A stretch of DNA of 64,000 nt, from positions 8,990,001 through 9,054,000 of the forward strand of contig CM106585.1 in the NCBI GenBank assembly GCA_048013815.1, in the 5' to 3' direction. This document shows, in pieces, positions 25,956 through 36,895 of this stretch. This stretch comes from Setoptus koraiensis. Lineage: Eukaryota; Animalia; Arthropoda. The position numbers and the translations under genes are program-made. Every line of letters starts with the position of its first letter. The stretch's first letter is position 1. The notes beneath the pieces are model-generated. The model was not told where the DNA came from. It saw only the letters and a list, made by a program, of their open reading frames with translations, and searched no databases.

Positions 25956-26366
25956 TGAAGTATAGTTGGCAAGACACAAGAAAACTAGACTACTATAGAT
26001 GTTATTTATCTAACACTATTATTGGAAATAATAATAATGATAATAATTTAATGAAAACATTGCTAAAAACATTATGTGCGTGTTGATGTGCAGGATAGAG
26101 TTGTAGTCAGTCTACAGAGAGATAAGTGGAACAAAGATATTGATGAATGATTCTTTAAACTAGTTGATTGTTGTTGTGGCCACAATTGTCGATCTTATTG
26201 TATGAACATGACATTGCTATATCAGCAATCATTATCATAATGATGATTATTGTGAAGGAGGCCACCACTCGCTCAGTTTGTCGAAGATATCCAGTTGTCC
26301 AGTGGCTGTTGTTGATGTCGAGACTTATGTCGATCTTTTCACTTCTATCTTTATGGTACCAATCAC

Positions 26367-27146
26367 CTATAAAGTTCCAACCGCTCCAACTCCTGATGCT
26401 CCTTTTGCGCCAACTGCACCAATAGCTCCAGTTGCTTTGCCGGATTGGCGCTCGAACTCACCACTAGATTGACCAGCACCAACTTTATCTTGCTCAATGA
26501 ATCCTTCTCTGTCGCGGAATCCCTGGTCAATGTTGACATCCTTGATTGTTTCGTGGCCGAAACCCTTGTTGTCTGTCCTGATGTTTTCACGGTTGTGTCC
26601 GCTGATGTCCTTGAAGGCGCCAGCGGTGTGGCTTGCACCAACACCCGACTTATGGAAGCTTCCGCGCTCACGTTCTCCTTGGATCGAGCCAATAGCTCCA
26701 ACGGCTCCCACTGATCCAACTGTGCCAGCACCGACGGCACCCGCTGGTCGGCTACCGCGAAATCCGCCCTGACCGCCGGAAAATTTCAATGGTACTTGAG
26801 ATGATGAGTGATGTGTAGCACCATGAGAGCCTCTTCCGCTTGAGATCAGTAATTCTTCAAGGGATACTTCGTCCAGGCCTGATGACGAGCCGTAGCCATG
26901 GTGACCGTACGAGCCGGAGCCCGACAACAGATAAGATTGACGTCTGAATTCTAATTCGCGCAACAATTCATAATCGCTAACATACTCCAATTGGCATTGA
27001 TGGTAGTGTGATGATGATGGGTAGGATTGTTCCACTGCGTAACTGGACACAGGTACTTCGAAGCTGGAGCTGCTGCCGTGAGCAGCCACCAAAACCGCCA
27101 GGCTCATTGTCGCCAGACACAAGCTAATAATCTTTGCCGAGGCCAT
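26367..27146 (-). CDS. Secreted G/S/H-rich protein, paralog A (259 aa), probable structural or cuticular protein
   Basis: Signal peptide MASAKIISLCLATMSLAVLVAA from ATG 27146, motif CQLEYVSDYELLRELEFRR, and a C-terminal 107 aa about 88% identical to paralog C. Confidence 0.85.
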   Translation of the reverse strand: MASAKIISLCLATMSLAVLVAAHGSSSSFEVPVSSYAVEQSYPSSSHYHQCQLEYVSDYELLRELEFRRQSYLLSGSGSYGHHGYGSSSGLDEVSLEELLISSGRGSHGATHHSSSQVPLKFSGGQGGFRGSRPAGAVGAGTVGSVGAVGAIGSIQGERERGSFHKSGVGASHTAGAFKDISGHNRENIRTDNKGFGHETIKDVNIDQGFRDREGFIEQDKVGAGQSSGEFERQSGKATGAIGAVGAKGASGVGAVGTL

Positions 27147-27296
27147 TGTGTTGTCCTGTTGCGTTGTTGTTTCCAAATTGGATCGTCTAAGTCGAGAATT
27201 GAGAAAAGACAATTAATATAATGAGTTGAGAGATTGAGAGTTTGAAAATTGAGACTTTTGCGGTGTAAAATTTGTTCACTCGTTCACCGTGCCTAC

Positions 27297-27395
27297 CTGA
27301 TAATGATTGCTAGTGAAACTGATTACTGGTTACTTCTTGATTGGACAACCCAAGTGGTACTGATGACAATCGGCAGCGGACGGCTCGCTTAAATA
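27297..27395 (-). promoter_or_regulatory. Core promoter and non-coding exon 1 of paralog A
   Basis: On the minus strand: TATTTAA (27395-27389), TCAGT Inr (A at 27361), CAG|GTAGGC donor at 27296 and acceptor at 27156 (141-nt 5'UTR intron). Alignable to 50121-50220. Confidence 0.7.
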
Positions 27396-29719
27396 CTCTC
27401 AGTTTCAATTGAAAACATACAAATCCAATATTTTCGCTATGCAACGTTCGCCCCATCTGTCCTTGATTACGCTGCACGTATGGACCACGTAAGCCGACCG
27501 AAAATCAAGTGCAGCCAGCAACAACAACAACAGCAATTGATTTGCAATGGGCGCCGTCGATGTCGATGACAGGCTCAATTAATTAGCACGAGCAAACAAT
27601 GCTTGCTCATGTTGCCGATTTGATTTGTTCATCGTCAGTCGACTCGCTGGCGGCTTGATACTTCCGATGATGCGCTTGCTGTGTGATTGCTGGCTGCGTG
27701 TCACGTCACCCGGGAGCCGACACAAGAAAAGCGAGGACGAGAAAAACAAAACAGAGAGCAAATGAAACAAACGAACAAAATGAAACAAATGAGACAAAAT
27801 GAAATGGCAACAATTAGCCACCAGGTAAATGAGAAAATTATTTAATGCACAATCTCTGGAGCCAAGCCACTTGTTCACATTGTGAGCGCGATTAGTTGCG
27901 ACTCGAAACGAGTTTAACAGACCACACCAATCTCGGCCACTTGCAGAAATGTTTGCTCATGTTGATTTGGTTTTGCTCCAGTGGCACCAATGAATAATGC
28001 GCTGCTTACGTAACTATTTGCTGACTATGTACACTGGCTGAAAACAGATAACAATAATAATGAAAGTTCAACAATTAAAGCAGCAGCAGCAGCCAGTTTC
28101 GTAGTGTCAGGCAATTTAGATTGAGTTTGCTGTTTCATTTGTTTTTTCATCGGTGAGCACTCATTTGGTCGATTAAGTTTTATAATTGCGCGCAACGAGT
28201 CATTTATCACGGATTAGTTAGCGTTGGTGCCAGTGCTGACGGGTGACAAATGAGCTTCACTCGATTGCCCTCTCTGCGGCCCATTATTATTGGCCCAACT
28301 AGGCCCAGTAATAAGTAGCAGTGATAATGGCGATAGTCGTGCGAATACCCCAAAGTGCCATTAAAAAGTAAAATCGAAAATAATCACAAGTATTGAAATA
28401 TCTGCGCCGCGGCCGGGTTAGTGTGTAACGCGCCGGCGAGAGAGAGAGAGAGAGAGGGGGGGATCGTTACCGATTTGAAATGAGATTTTCGAAAGTTAAC
28501 ACTGACTTTTGTGGGGCCATCTTCGAGCGCTATAAACTTTCAATTTTGTCACTGGTGTTTCAATTTAGTCACTAGTAAGCGCAACCCCAAATTATCATTA
28601 CCCGAAAACTATCATCACCTAAGTGACACACAAAATGGCTATTTACTGCAAATGATAACTGTCTTCTCTTTTGGGTGGCTGTGCCGCTGAGAAGCGACGA
28701 TAAAAGTCTTGCTCCTCGAATAATAGATATTAGATTTTGGCTTCAGAATGGATGGTTGCATGGCAGGTATCACAAAATGTTGGCGCCCTCGCTGGGGCAC
28801 ATAAAATGTCGCTGACTCCATCTCTTTCGCTCAACTCCAAATAAAGTCTCCCTCCCCCTCCCACTTCAACCACAAACCACATTTCAAGTGTGCATTTGAA
28901 TGCGCTTAAAATTGCAGTTGTTGTTTTGGGCGCCAGTGGACACACGATCATTACGTCATAATAGCTGCTATTAGGTCACAACATACAGCAATGGGCCGGT
29001 GATCAAAAGTGATTTAGGCCGAGCAGTGGCTGCAGCCCAGCAGTGGATGTAGACACTAGAGCCTAGTGAGTAGAGATAGAGAGAAATTGATAATGTTAAA
29101 ATAGAGCAAACATCATCAATTTTAATTTTCTCTTTCTTTTTCCATTTTGTGCCCGAACTGTTATAGCAGTATATGATAGTATATAGACAATGACAACTAC
29201 ACTTTAGCGCAATTATTAGCCAGCCAAACGGGCCTTTCTGTGGCAGTGTTTTTTTTTTGATGACTATTCCACAATGTTTCTATCCTTCGTTTGCTCTTTC
29301 GGCCCGTTGTGACAGCCAGTGGATTAGATCACTAGTGTCGCTAATGACAAATGATGACCTTACGTGTCACACGATCTCATCGGTGACTTATTGGCGGTTA
29401 ACAGGCAAAGTGACTTAGTGGAGATGACTTGGTCATCATCATTTGGTGTTGCCATTAGGCGAGTTTTACCACTCGATGATGATCAATTGTCAGTTGTCGT
29501 CAATTGAGACAAATCGTTGCAACGGCCTGCTCAGGTACTCACACAACTCGTGAGCCATCGTGTAGCCCTATTGTGTGCCGTATGGTAGCTGGATGACTGA
29601 GTCACAATTGTTGACGAGTCACAAGAATTGATTTTGCCAGCGACAATTGGCAAATAGATTATGTGATCAGCGAATTATCATTAATTGTTGCCAATTGTCA
29701 ACGTGCGATGTGGCGCTGA

Positions 29720-29936
29720 TATAAATAGATCGACAACTGGCCGTCCGGCGACACTTGATAACTTGATAACACTTGGAGTTGCGACTTGATTGATCACCGA
29801 CACACACACAGTCCAGCAAAACAAACAGCAAACAACAGTCGGCGGTCGAGCAAACAATCAATCGTCATCGTCACATTAGAATAGACGGCAAACAGTATAT
29901 TTGACAGCGTCAATTGAACGCCAGGCCACAAGTCAG
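29720..29936 (+). promoter_or_regulatory. TATA box and non-coding exon 1 of paralog B
   Basis: TATAAAT at 29720, CAG|GTGAGT donor at 29937, and CAACAG acceptor at 30077, 3 nt before the ATG (141-nt intron). Confidence 0.65.
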
Positions 29937-30080
29937 GTGAGTGCACGCGTACAGCAAAGTGTCACAACTGTCACAGTGTTTAAAACTAACTTGTCACTCT
30001 ATTATATAACTGACTTGTCACTAAATTACATCGACTAACTCATCGTGTCACATTGGTCGTGATTTATTGCGCAACAGACA

Positions 30081-30878
30081 ATGGTTTCCGGCAGCAGCAG
30101 CAGCAGTGGCAATTTGGTGGGCCTGCTCACGAATGGGGCCCTCGTATTGGGCGCCATGTTGAGCGTGGTGTCGTGCTTCTCCGAGGAGGTGTATCCGTCT
30201 GAGGAGTTGCAAGTGAATCAGCGTCAGCATTTCCGAAGATCGCTGCCCACGCACAATGTTGGCTTTTCGCGTGGTCAGTGTCTGGACATACTGTTAGACG
30301 AGGAACTATTGAACGAATTGACATTTCGTCGTTTGCAGCGCCAACGTTTGGCTCACCGAGGCGGCGAAGTGTCGCCATTGCATCATGGCACTCACATTGG
30401 AACGCCACTGGCTGTCACAAATGGCGCTCATCATCATCATCATCATCATGCGCATCACCCTGGCGGACAGGTGTCGCAAGAATTGGTGGCGGGTGGCTTT
30501 GAGCAGGATTCGGCGGGCCTTGTTGGCGGTCAGTTTGAGCGAGAGCACGAGCACGATCACGCGCAATTGGACAACAAAAAATTAGAATTGGGTCATGTTA
30601 GTGGTCAGTTTTCGGATGTTGGCGCCAGCGACAAGAAAGTGTTTGAATCGGACACAAAGTCGCACGGATTGTTTGGTGGCAAAGACAAGCACGTTCGGCT
30701 TGAGGAGGACGCAAATGTGCGCGACCGGGAGGGCCGCTTCGAGGGCGACCTGCTCAAGGCAGAGAAATCGCGCGCCGTCTTAGATCACGATCGCAAGGCG
30801 AGCGCCGCCAAATTGGTCGGGGCCGGCGTGAAGCACTCGTCGGGCTCGTTCGTGGGCGCAAAACAACAGGCAAACTAG
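30081..30878 (+). CDS. Secreted His-rich protein, divergent paralog B (265 aa)
   Basis: Hydrophobic leader ending LGAMLSVVSC, motif CLDILLDEELLNELTFRR, poly-His tract, and a C-domain (HVSGQFSDV...DTKSHG...RDREGRFEGD...GVKHSSGSFVG) alignable to paralogs A and C. Confidence 0.8.
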   Translation: MVSGSSSSSGNLVGLLTNGALVLGAMLSVVSCFSEEVYPSEELQVNQRQHFRRSLPTHNVGFSRGQCLDILLDEELLNELTFRRLQRQRLAHRGGEVSPLHHGTHIGTPLAVTNGAHHHHHHHAHHPGGQVSQELVAGGFEQDSAGLVGGQFEREHEHDHAQLDNKKLELGHVSGQFSDVGASDKKVFESDTKSHGLFGGKDKHVRLEEDANVRDREGRFEGDLLKAEKSRAVLDHDRKASAAKLVGAGVKHSSGSFVGAKQQAN

Positions 30879-31146
30879 ATTATTATTGTTGTCGCCAACA
30901 ACTGATTTGTCGTTGTTGGTGGACACGCCGCAAACTGTTGTTGTTGTTGTTGTTGTTCAACACGGCCGACATGAGGCCCGCCAATACGAGACAACGCTCG
31001 CACAATGCAAATCAACCAGCCGCTTGGATATCAATCAATATGTTGATTCTATTATTATTATTGTTAGTGTTATTATTATTATTATTATTATTTGCAGCAA
31101 CATTGTTCCGCCAGAGGCGCTGCCAGCGACAACGGCAAACAGCAAC

Positions 31147-31209
31147 TGGACAACATGGCGCCCAACATTGGACAACATGGCGCCCAACACTGGACAGCAT
31201 GGCGCCCAA
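31147..31209. repeat. 22-bp tandem repeat x3 (TGGACAACATGGCGCCCAACAY)
   Basis: Units start at 31147, 31169 and 31191. Confidence 0.9.
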
Positions 31210-33002
31210 AAGAGCACAATCTAGCTCGAGTTGAACATCTCTAATTAGCCCCATTCAGCCCCAACCGGCCCCAACCGGCCCCATTCAGCTCTATTCAGCC
31301 ATTCGGGTTACAACAGCAACAACAACAGCAGCAGCAATGTTATTATTGTATTATTATTATGTAATAATAAAAGGCATCAGCCAATTACATGTGATCATGA
31401 GACCAATTACCGCCCTCTGTCAATCAATCTGCGCCCCCGCCGCGGCTCAGTCTACGCCGCGGCTCAGTCTGCGCAACTGTGGCAACTGCGAGCAACCCGG
31501 GCCCGGCCGGAGCCGTCCCGCGTGCCGCATGCAAATTCTAATTAGTAATCACTCTGCTCTTTCACTTCATCAACCTGCGCTGCTCGCATAAAATAATTAG
31601 CCCGCATCCGCCCGATGCCCTCACTTAACTTGCTGCCCAGTGCGCGGTCCGCGGTCCGCTATCCGCAGTCCGCAGCGCCAAGTGGGCGCAAACTACAAAC
31701 TACGCGGTCCCCACAGACAAACTAATTAGTTACCTGTTTCCCCGTTGTCGTTGCCGTCGCTGCTGCCGTCGTCGTTGTCGCTCTTTCCCCCCGCCCATGC
31801 AAATCAAATCATCTCTTGGTGCGCCGGAGCGCCCATGCGGTCACAGGCCCGGGGTGACACGGGGCCCAGGTAGCTGTTACGTGACGATCAGCTGCTCGGC
31901 GGGCCACATTAGCAGTGTTGTCAGTGTTGGCGTGGCGCGCACAACAACCGCGTCGATGCAACAACAATCAACAGATACAACCCAAAATAGACAATGTATG
32001 TCGCTGTTGGCGCGATCCTGACTGACACCCGCCAACGACGGGTTGCGTAATCTGCTCAGCCCCAATCAGCTGCTCGTTGTTGCGCTGTCAGTTGTCATTG
32101 ACAGCGAGCAAGCCGAGCGTTGGACACATCAGAATAAATCAGTCAATTGCCGCTAATCAACTTGCTCCCGTTGTCCGCTCTCTGTTGCCCGTTTGTGTTG
32201 CGTCACAACTTTGTTACATAACTTGCCACCGGCCCGAACGGCCGCGCCGTGTGACGCGCGATTGCGCCAGCGGAAATGAGCTTACGGGGGCCCTCTTATT
32301 TTACCTTTCGCGTCACCACTAAGACGACGACGACGCCGACGACGCCGACGATTATCCGCCAGCGACCTACAGCGAGCGCTGCACAGCCGACCTGTGCTGC
32401 GGACTGTCCATCTTGCGTCGGACCCTGGTCGCACCGCCGCGGAACCCGCCCCGTGCGCCCTCCGAGCCGCACACGCGGGGACGATCTGGCGGCCCGGACG
32501 CGTCGGGCCTGATTAGCCAGTCGGCGCGGCGCTCTTCTGATTGACTTGGCGAGCTGTCGGCTGCCAACTAACAAGTATTGTAAGTGCACAATTTACACAC
32601 AGCGACAGGGGGCGCACAAAGCAGCAGCGGCAGCAGAGTGACACTAATCGAGCCATCTAATCTAATTATTGGCGGCCGGACATGGCGCACAAACGGGCGA
32701 CACGGGCCAATTATGTTAGTGCGCGCCGGGCATGTTGTGTCGTCATTGGCACACGACGGACATTATTATCGAGCTCATTGTTTTTTCGGCCGGCGCCGCC
32801 GTCTCCATGTCCCGCGATGTCGCTGCCGATGTGGCCACCGGCCCGATGTCGGCGCTGGCCCGATGTCGGCGCTGGCGTCCCGTCGCCCAAAACTGTCAGC
32901 GTTTGTGCGGCCCGAAACAATCGCCGAGCGGGCCCCATCGATCATGCAATTGGGCCCCAAACACGCTAGCCGGCGCCGTCTATTAATCGACGGGGCGCAA
33001 CA

Positions 33003-33251
33003 TTACATAATAAGCTGCTGATTTGACACACACATATGACACATAATGGACGTGGCTGTGTGTGTGTGTGTGTACACACATAATATTATGTCTGACATTA
33101 CGTAACATGCCAGCGAGTTTACAACTACAGACAACAACTCTAATTCCATTATGTGCGCCAGTGGCGTCGCACTTGTTTTGTCGTGACAAGACGCGCCGCG
33201 CGGCCCGCAATACATTACGTAATACACTACACGTAGTAACGTATTACGTAA
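33003..33251. promoter_or_regulatory. Cluster of PAR-bZIP/NFIL3-type sites (TTACGTAA x3, TTACATAA x1)
   Basis: Sites at 33003, 33098, 33215 and 33244. Function is inferred from the consensus only. Confidence 0.4.
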
Positions 33252-34041
33252 TGTGGCGGCTGTATTTTAGCGGCGCGTTGCGTCTCAGCGGTGCTGCCCG
33301 TAACAAGTTTGGCGATAATGATAAATTTGAATATGATGATGATGATTTAAATTAGATTTCGCCCGGCCGCGCGCGCTCGCTCGCTCGCTCGCCGATCTCA
33401 TTATGTGCAAATTGTGTGAAAATTATGCGCAAATTTTTACTGGCACAGCGCCACTGATGATCTAATAATTGGCAGTGTGTGTGTGCCCGGCGCCGCGCAA
33501 TTTTATTTTATTTTTATTGCCGCGTGCGTGTGTGTGTGTGTGCGTGTGCGTGTGTCAGAGGTAAATTAGATCATCTCATTTGATCATCTCGCCCGTCTCG
33601 CTGGCCACGTGTTCCACGTGTCAAAAGTGGACCTGGCGCGCGCGCGCGCAGCCCGTGCTCATCAGCACGTCGAGGGCGGCGCGTGCCCGCCCGGCCCGGC
33701 CTGGCCCGGCCCGCCTGGCTGCAACGGGCGGCCGTTGCGCCAGAAATCGCCAGCGGAATTGGTCGCGAACGGGGCCAACTCTCCGCCAGTTCGTTTGTTC
33801 CGGCGAGTCGCTCGCCGGCGCCCCAACAGGCAGCCCCAACTGGCACGGTGGCGCCACCAATTACGCATTTAATCATGCCGCTCTATCTAGGGTTATAATT
33901 GAATTTTCAATCACTGTGCGCTGCGCGGCGGCCGGCTCGCACTTGGCCGCTCGCTATTTAACCTATTTCCTATTAGTTTTATCCCTATTATTCTTTTCTC
34001 GTTCTGGCGCAAGCGGTTGTCGTCGGCGCGTTGCCGTTGTT

Positions 34042-34101
<60 letters not shown>
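34042..34101. repeat. (GTTGCC)10 hexanucleotide repeat
   Basis: Direct reading. Confidence 0.95.
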
Positions 34102-34105
<4 letters not shown>

Positions 34106-35529
34106 TTGTTGTTGCTGCTGTTGTTGTTGTGCAAAACATCGGCGAGCGGCATGAAAGCGAGTTGATTTGATTCGCAATTGAATTCGCAGACAACACGAGC
34201 GGCAAATTAAGATGATGATGATGTTGTTGTTCGCCAATGCAATTTTGTGCGTGAGTTACGTAACTCAGTTAGCAGGCTGGCCTGTCATCATCATATCTGG
34301 CCAGTGTCTGACAGTGGCCGGCAGCCCAAACAAATTCAATCATTCAATTTAGTTTGGGGCGCGCGCGCACACACACAACGGCCAATCAAACGGCGATCAT
34401 CGGCCGCTGTGTGGCTCGCCGGCCGCTTCGAAAAGCTCGCCGTTGTGCCCATTTCGAACCGTTCGAAGCGTTCGACAGTTCGAGGGTTCGGAGCGAAGCA
34501 AGTGGCCATTGTTGTCAGCGGCCTGGTAAACAACACAACGGACCGTTATCGATTGTTGCTCTCATTGGGTTGCCGACATTGTTTAAATTGTTCCAACAAT
34601 TGCGCGTTGCCGCCGTTGTTGCGTCACACACAATGCCACTAAACTAATGAGAGCCAACAGAGAGAGAGAGAGAGAGAGAGCGAGCCATAGTTCACATGCA
34701 CACACTGTTAGAATACAACACGGAATACACACACAGCCGCTAGAATTGAATCAGTACTGGCGAGGGCGTAAATTCGATCTGATCAGATCACATGAGATCA
34801 GATCTGATCCGATTCTCGCCGTAGATTCAATTCTATTCTCTATTCAATTCTAACTGTCAATTCAATTTGCGTTGATTCAATCAGAATGCGCACACACACA
34901 CAAACTGAATGAATAACTTGGCCGGCCAGCAAAAAGGGGCCAACCCAATAATGGCTGCACGAGCTGCTCACGAGCGGCACAGGCGCAAACTGCTGTGCGC
35001 AAACGGGAGCTATGCGCGAGCTCACAAAGTGGGCGCCCTAGCTCGTTGCGATCAAGCCGCTCAGTTCTCCACTTTGGGCATCTTGCTCAGGCGCGGCTCA
35101 CTTGTTTGCGCCGTCGGTCGCTTCAGTTGTTTTGTTGTGCTCCGTCAAGAGGCACGAGCTAGCGACAGGAATGCAAAAGTCAGTTTGAAAGTGCAACGAC
35201 ACCAGACACAACAACGGGGGCGCCCACAATCGGTAGCGGATAAATGAAAAAAGTTTCGCGCGACAATTTGCAAGTTTCGTCTATTGAGGCCCGCGTAAGT
35301 TAGTGCAGTGCATCAACGGTCAGCGTAGCGGCCCACGATAATATAGCTCAGTTCTTCAGCACAGTGGACAGCCAGTCGGGCCAGCGGGGGTCGGCACCGC
35401 AGCCAGGGACATAGCAACAAGGTGAGTTGACAGGTGAGCGCACGCATCGGACAATTGTCACAAAGTTACAAAAAAGTTACAAAAATCAATTATCAAACGG
35501 CTGACGACAACAAGTTGTTCACGCAATCG

Positions 35530-35587
35530 CTGTCGATTGCTGTCAATTGCTGTCAATTGCTGTCATTGGCTGTCAATCGCTGTCAAT
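35530..35587. repeat. 10-bp minisatellite CTGTCAATTG x6
   Basis: CTGTCA at 35540, 35550, 35560, 35570 and 35580; the first unit has CTGTCG. Confidence 0.9.
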
Positions 35588-36710
35588 GTCATGAGCAATG
35601 ACCTTGTGCCTGGGATGTGTTGCCGTTGTTGTGACAACTTTGCACCTGTCACCCAGTTTGACACAAACTGGGTGACAACACAAACATTTCTAGTGTCAAC
35701 AGCAGCAGTTGCTCATAAACAACAGTGGTGTTCGTGATACTAATTATAGATTTACATTGTTTCAGACGCAACGTCATCTCGGTGCTCGCTTGCAATGACA
35801 CATTTGCGAATTTAGGTGCAGCGCCAACAATCTCTGGTATGCATTTTGCGTGTGTTTGCTTGTGTCGACAGGTGAACATGATGAGACAGAGCAATTTGCT
35901 GATCACGCGTCGCGACACGGTGACTTTGAAAAAGCTTGTTTCGGCTTGTCCTGTGCCTTTTTCTTTTTTCTGCCAGACGACAGTTCGTCTGGCTGGAAAA
36001 TGAAAAAAAAATGAAAAAAAAACGAAGCGATTCGTCGCTAAAAAGTCTATTGATAGAATTAGTGTCTGGAAACTGATGCCACTAACGCTATTAATAATAT
36101 AACCTTAAATACAACGCGACCCGAGCTGGCCTATTGAGCCGAGCTCGGCGCGTCGACGGAACGATCCCGTTCGCTCATCGCTCGCTGCTCGCAGCCCGAT
36201 TGTGGGCCCAATTCAGTGTCGAGCTCAAATCTGATGCCAATTTGACGAGGGGCAAGGGTCAACAAGCGCCGCACAAAATCGCCCCAGTCGACAGCGAAAT
36301 CTCGCATTCTTTCGCCCGGCCCAGACGCTGTCAGATACCTTTACCTGTTGATGTGCGCTGATGAAATCATCTGACTGTATCACCTCTGAATCAGGCGGCT
36401 GTTGCGCATTCGGTATCGAGCAGGCCGGCTGACACAGACGAGCACGCTCAGACAGAGTAGCTCTATTTGTGGGTGCTGCAACCTTGTGACTTATTTCGCG
36501 TCGAGCTCATTATTGTCATCGCGGCGCCGTCGACTATAAATGCGTTTCATTTTGCACTTGTTCACTTTCCACTCTTCACTATGCGTGCCGTATGATTAGC
36601 TGGCAAGAATTACACAAATAGAAAAGCTCGTTGTAGTGCAAAAAACTTTTAATTCGTCAACACTTGTATTTGTGGCTTGCCGAAATACTTTTGTATCAAC
36701 GCGAAACAGA

Positions 36711-36870
36711 TTTCGAGGAATTTCAAACCATTTCGAGAAATTTCTAACCATTTCGAGAAATTTCAAACCATTTCGAGAAATTCCAAACCATTTCGAGAAA
36801 TTTCGAGAGATTTCAAACAATTTCAAGAAATTTCAGACAATTTCAAGAAATTTCAAGCAATTTCGGAGAA
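36711..36870. repeat. 10/20-bp minisatellite (TTTCGAGAAA/TTTCAAACCA, 16 units)
   Basis: Almost every 10-nt unit starts TTTC. It lies directly upstream of the homeobox gene's first ATG. Confidence 0.9.
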
Positions 36871-36895
36871 CAGTGCCAATCCGTTAGTTTGCGAA

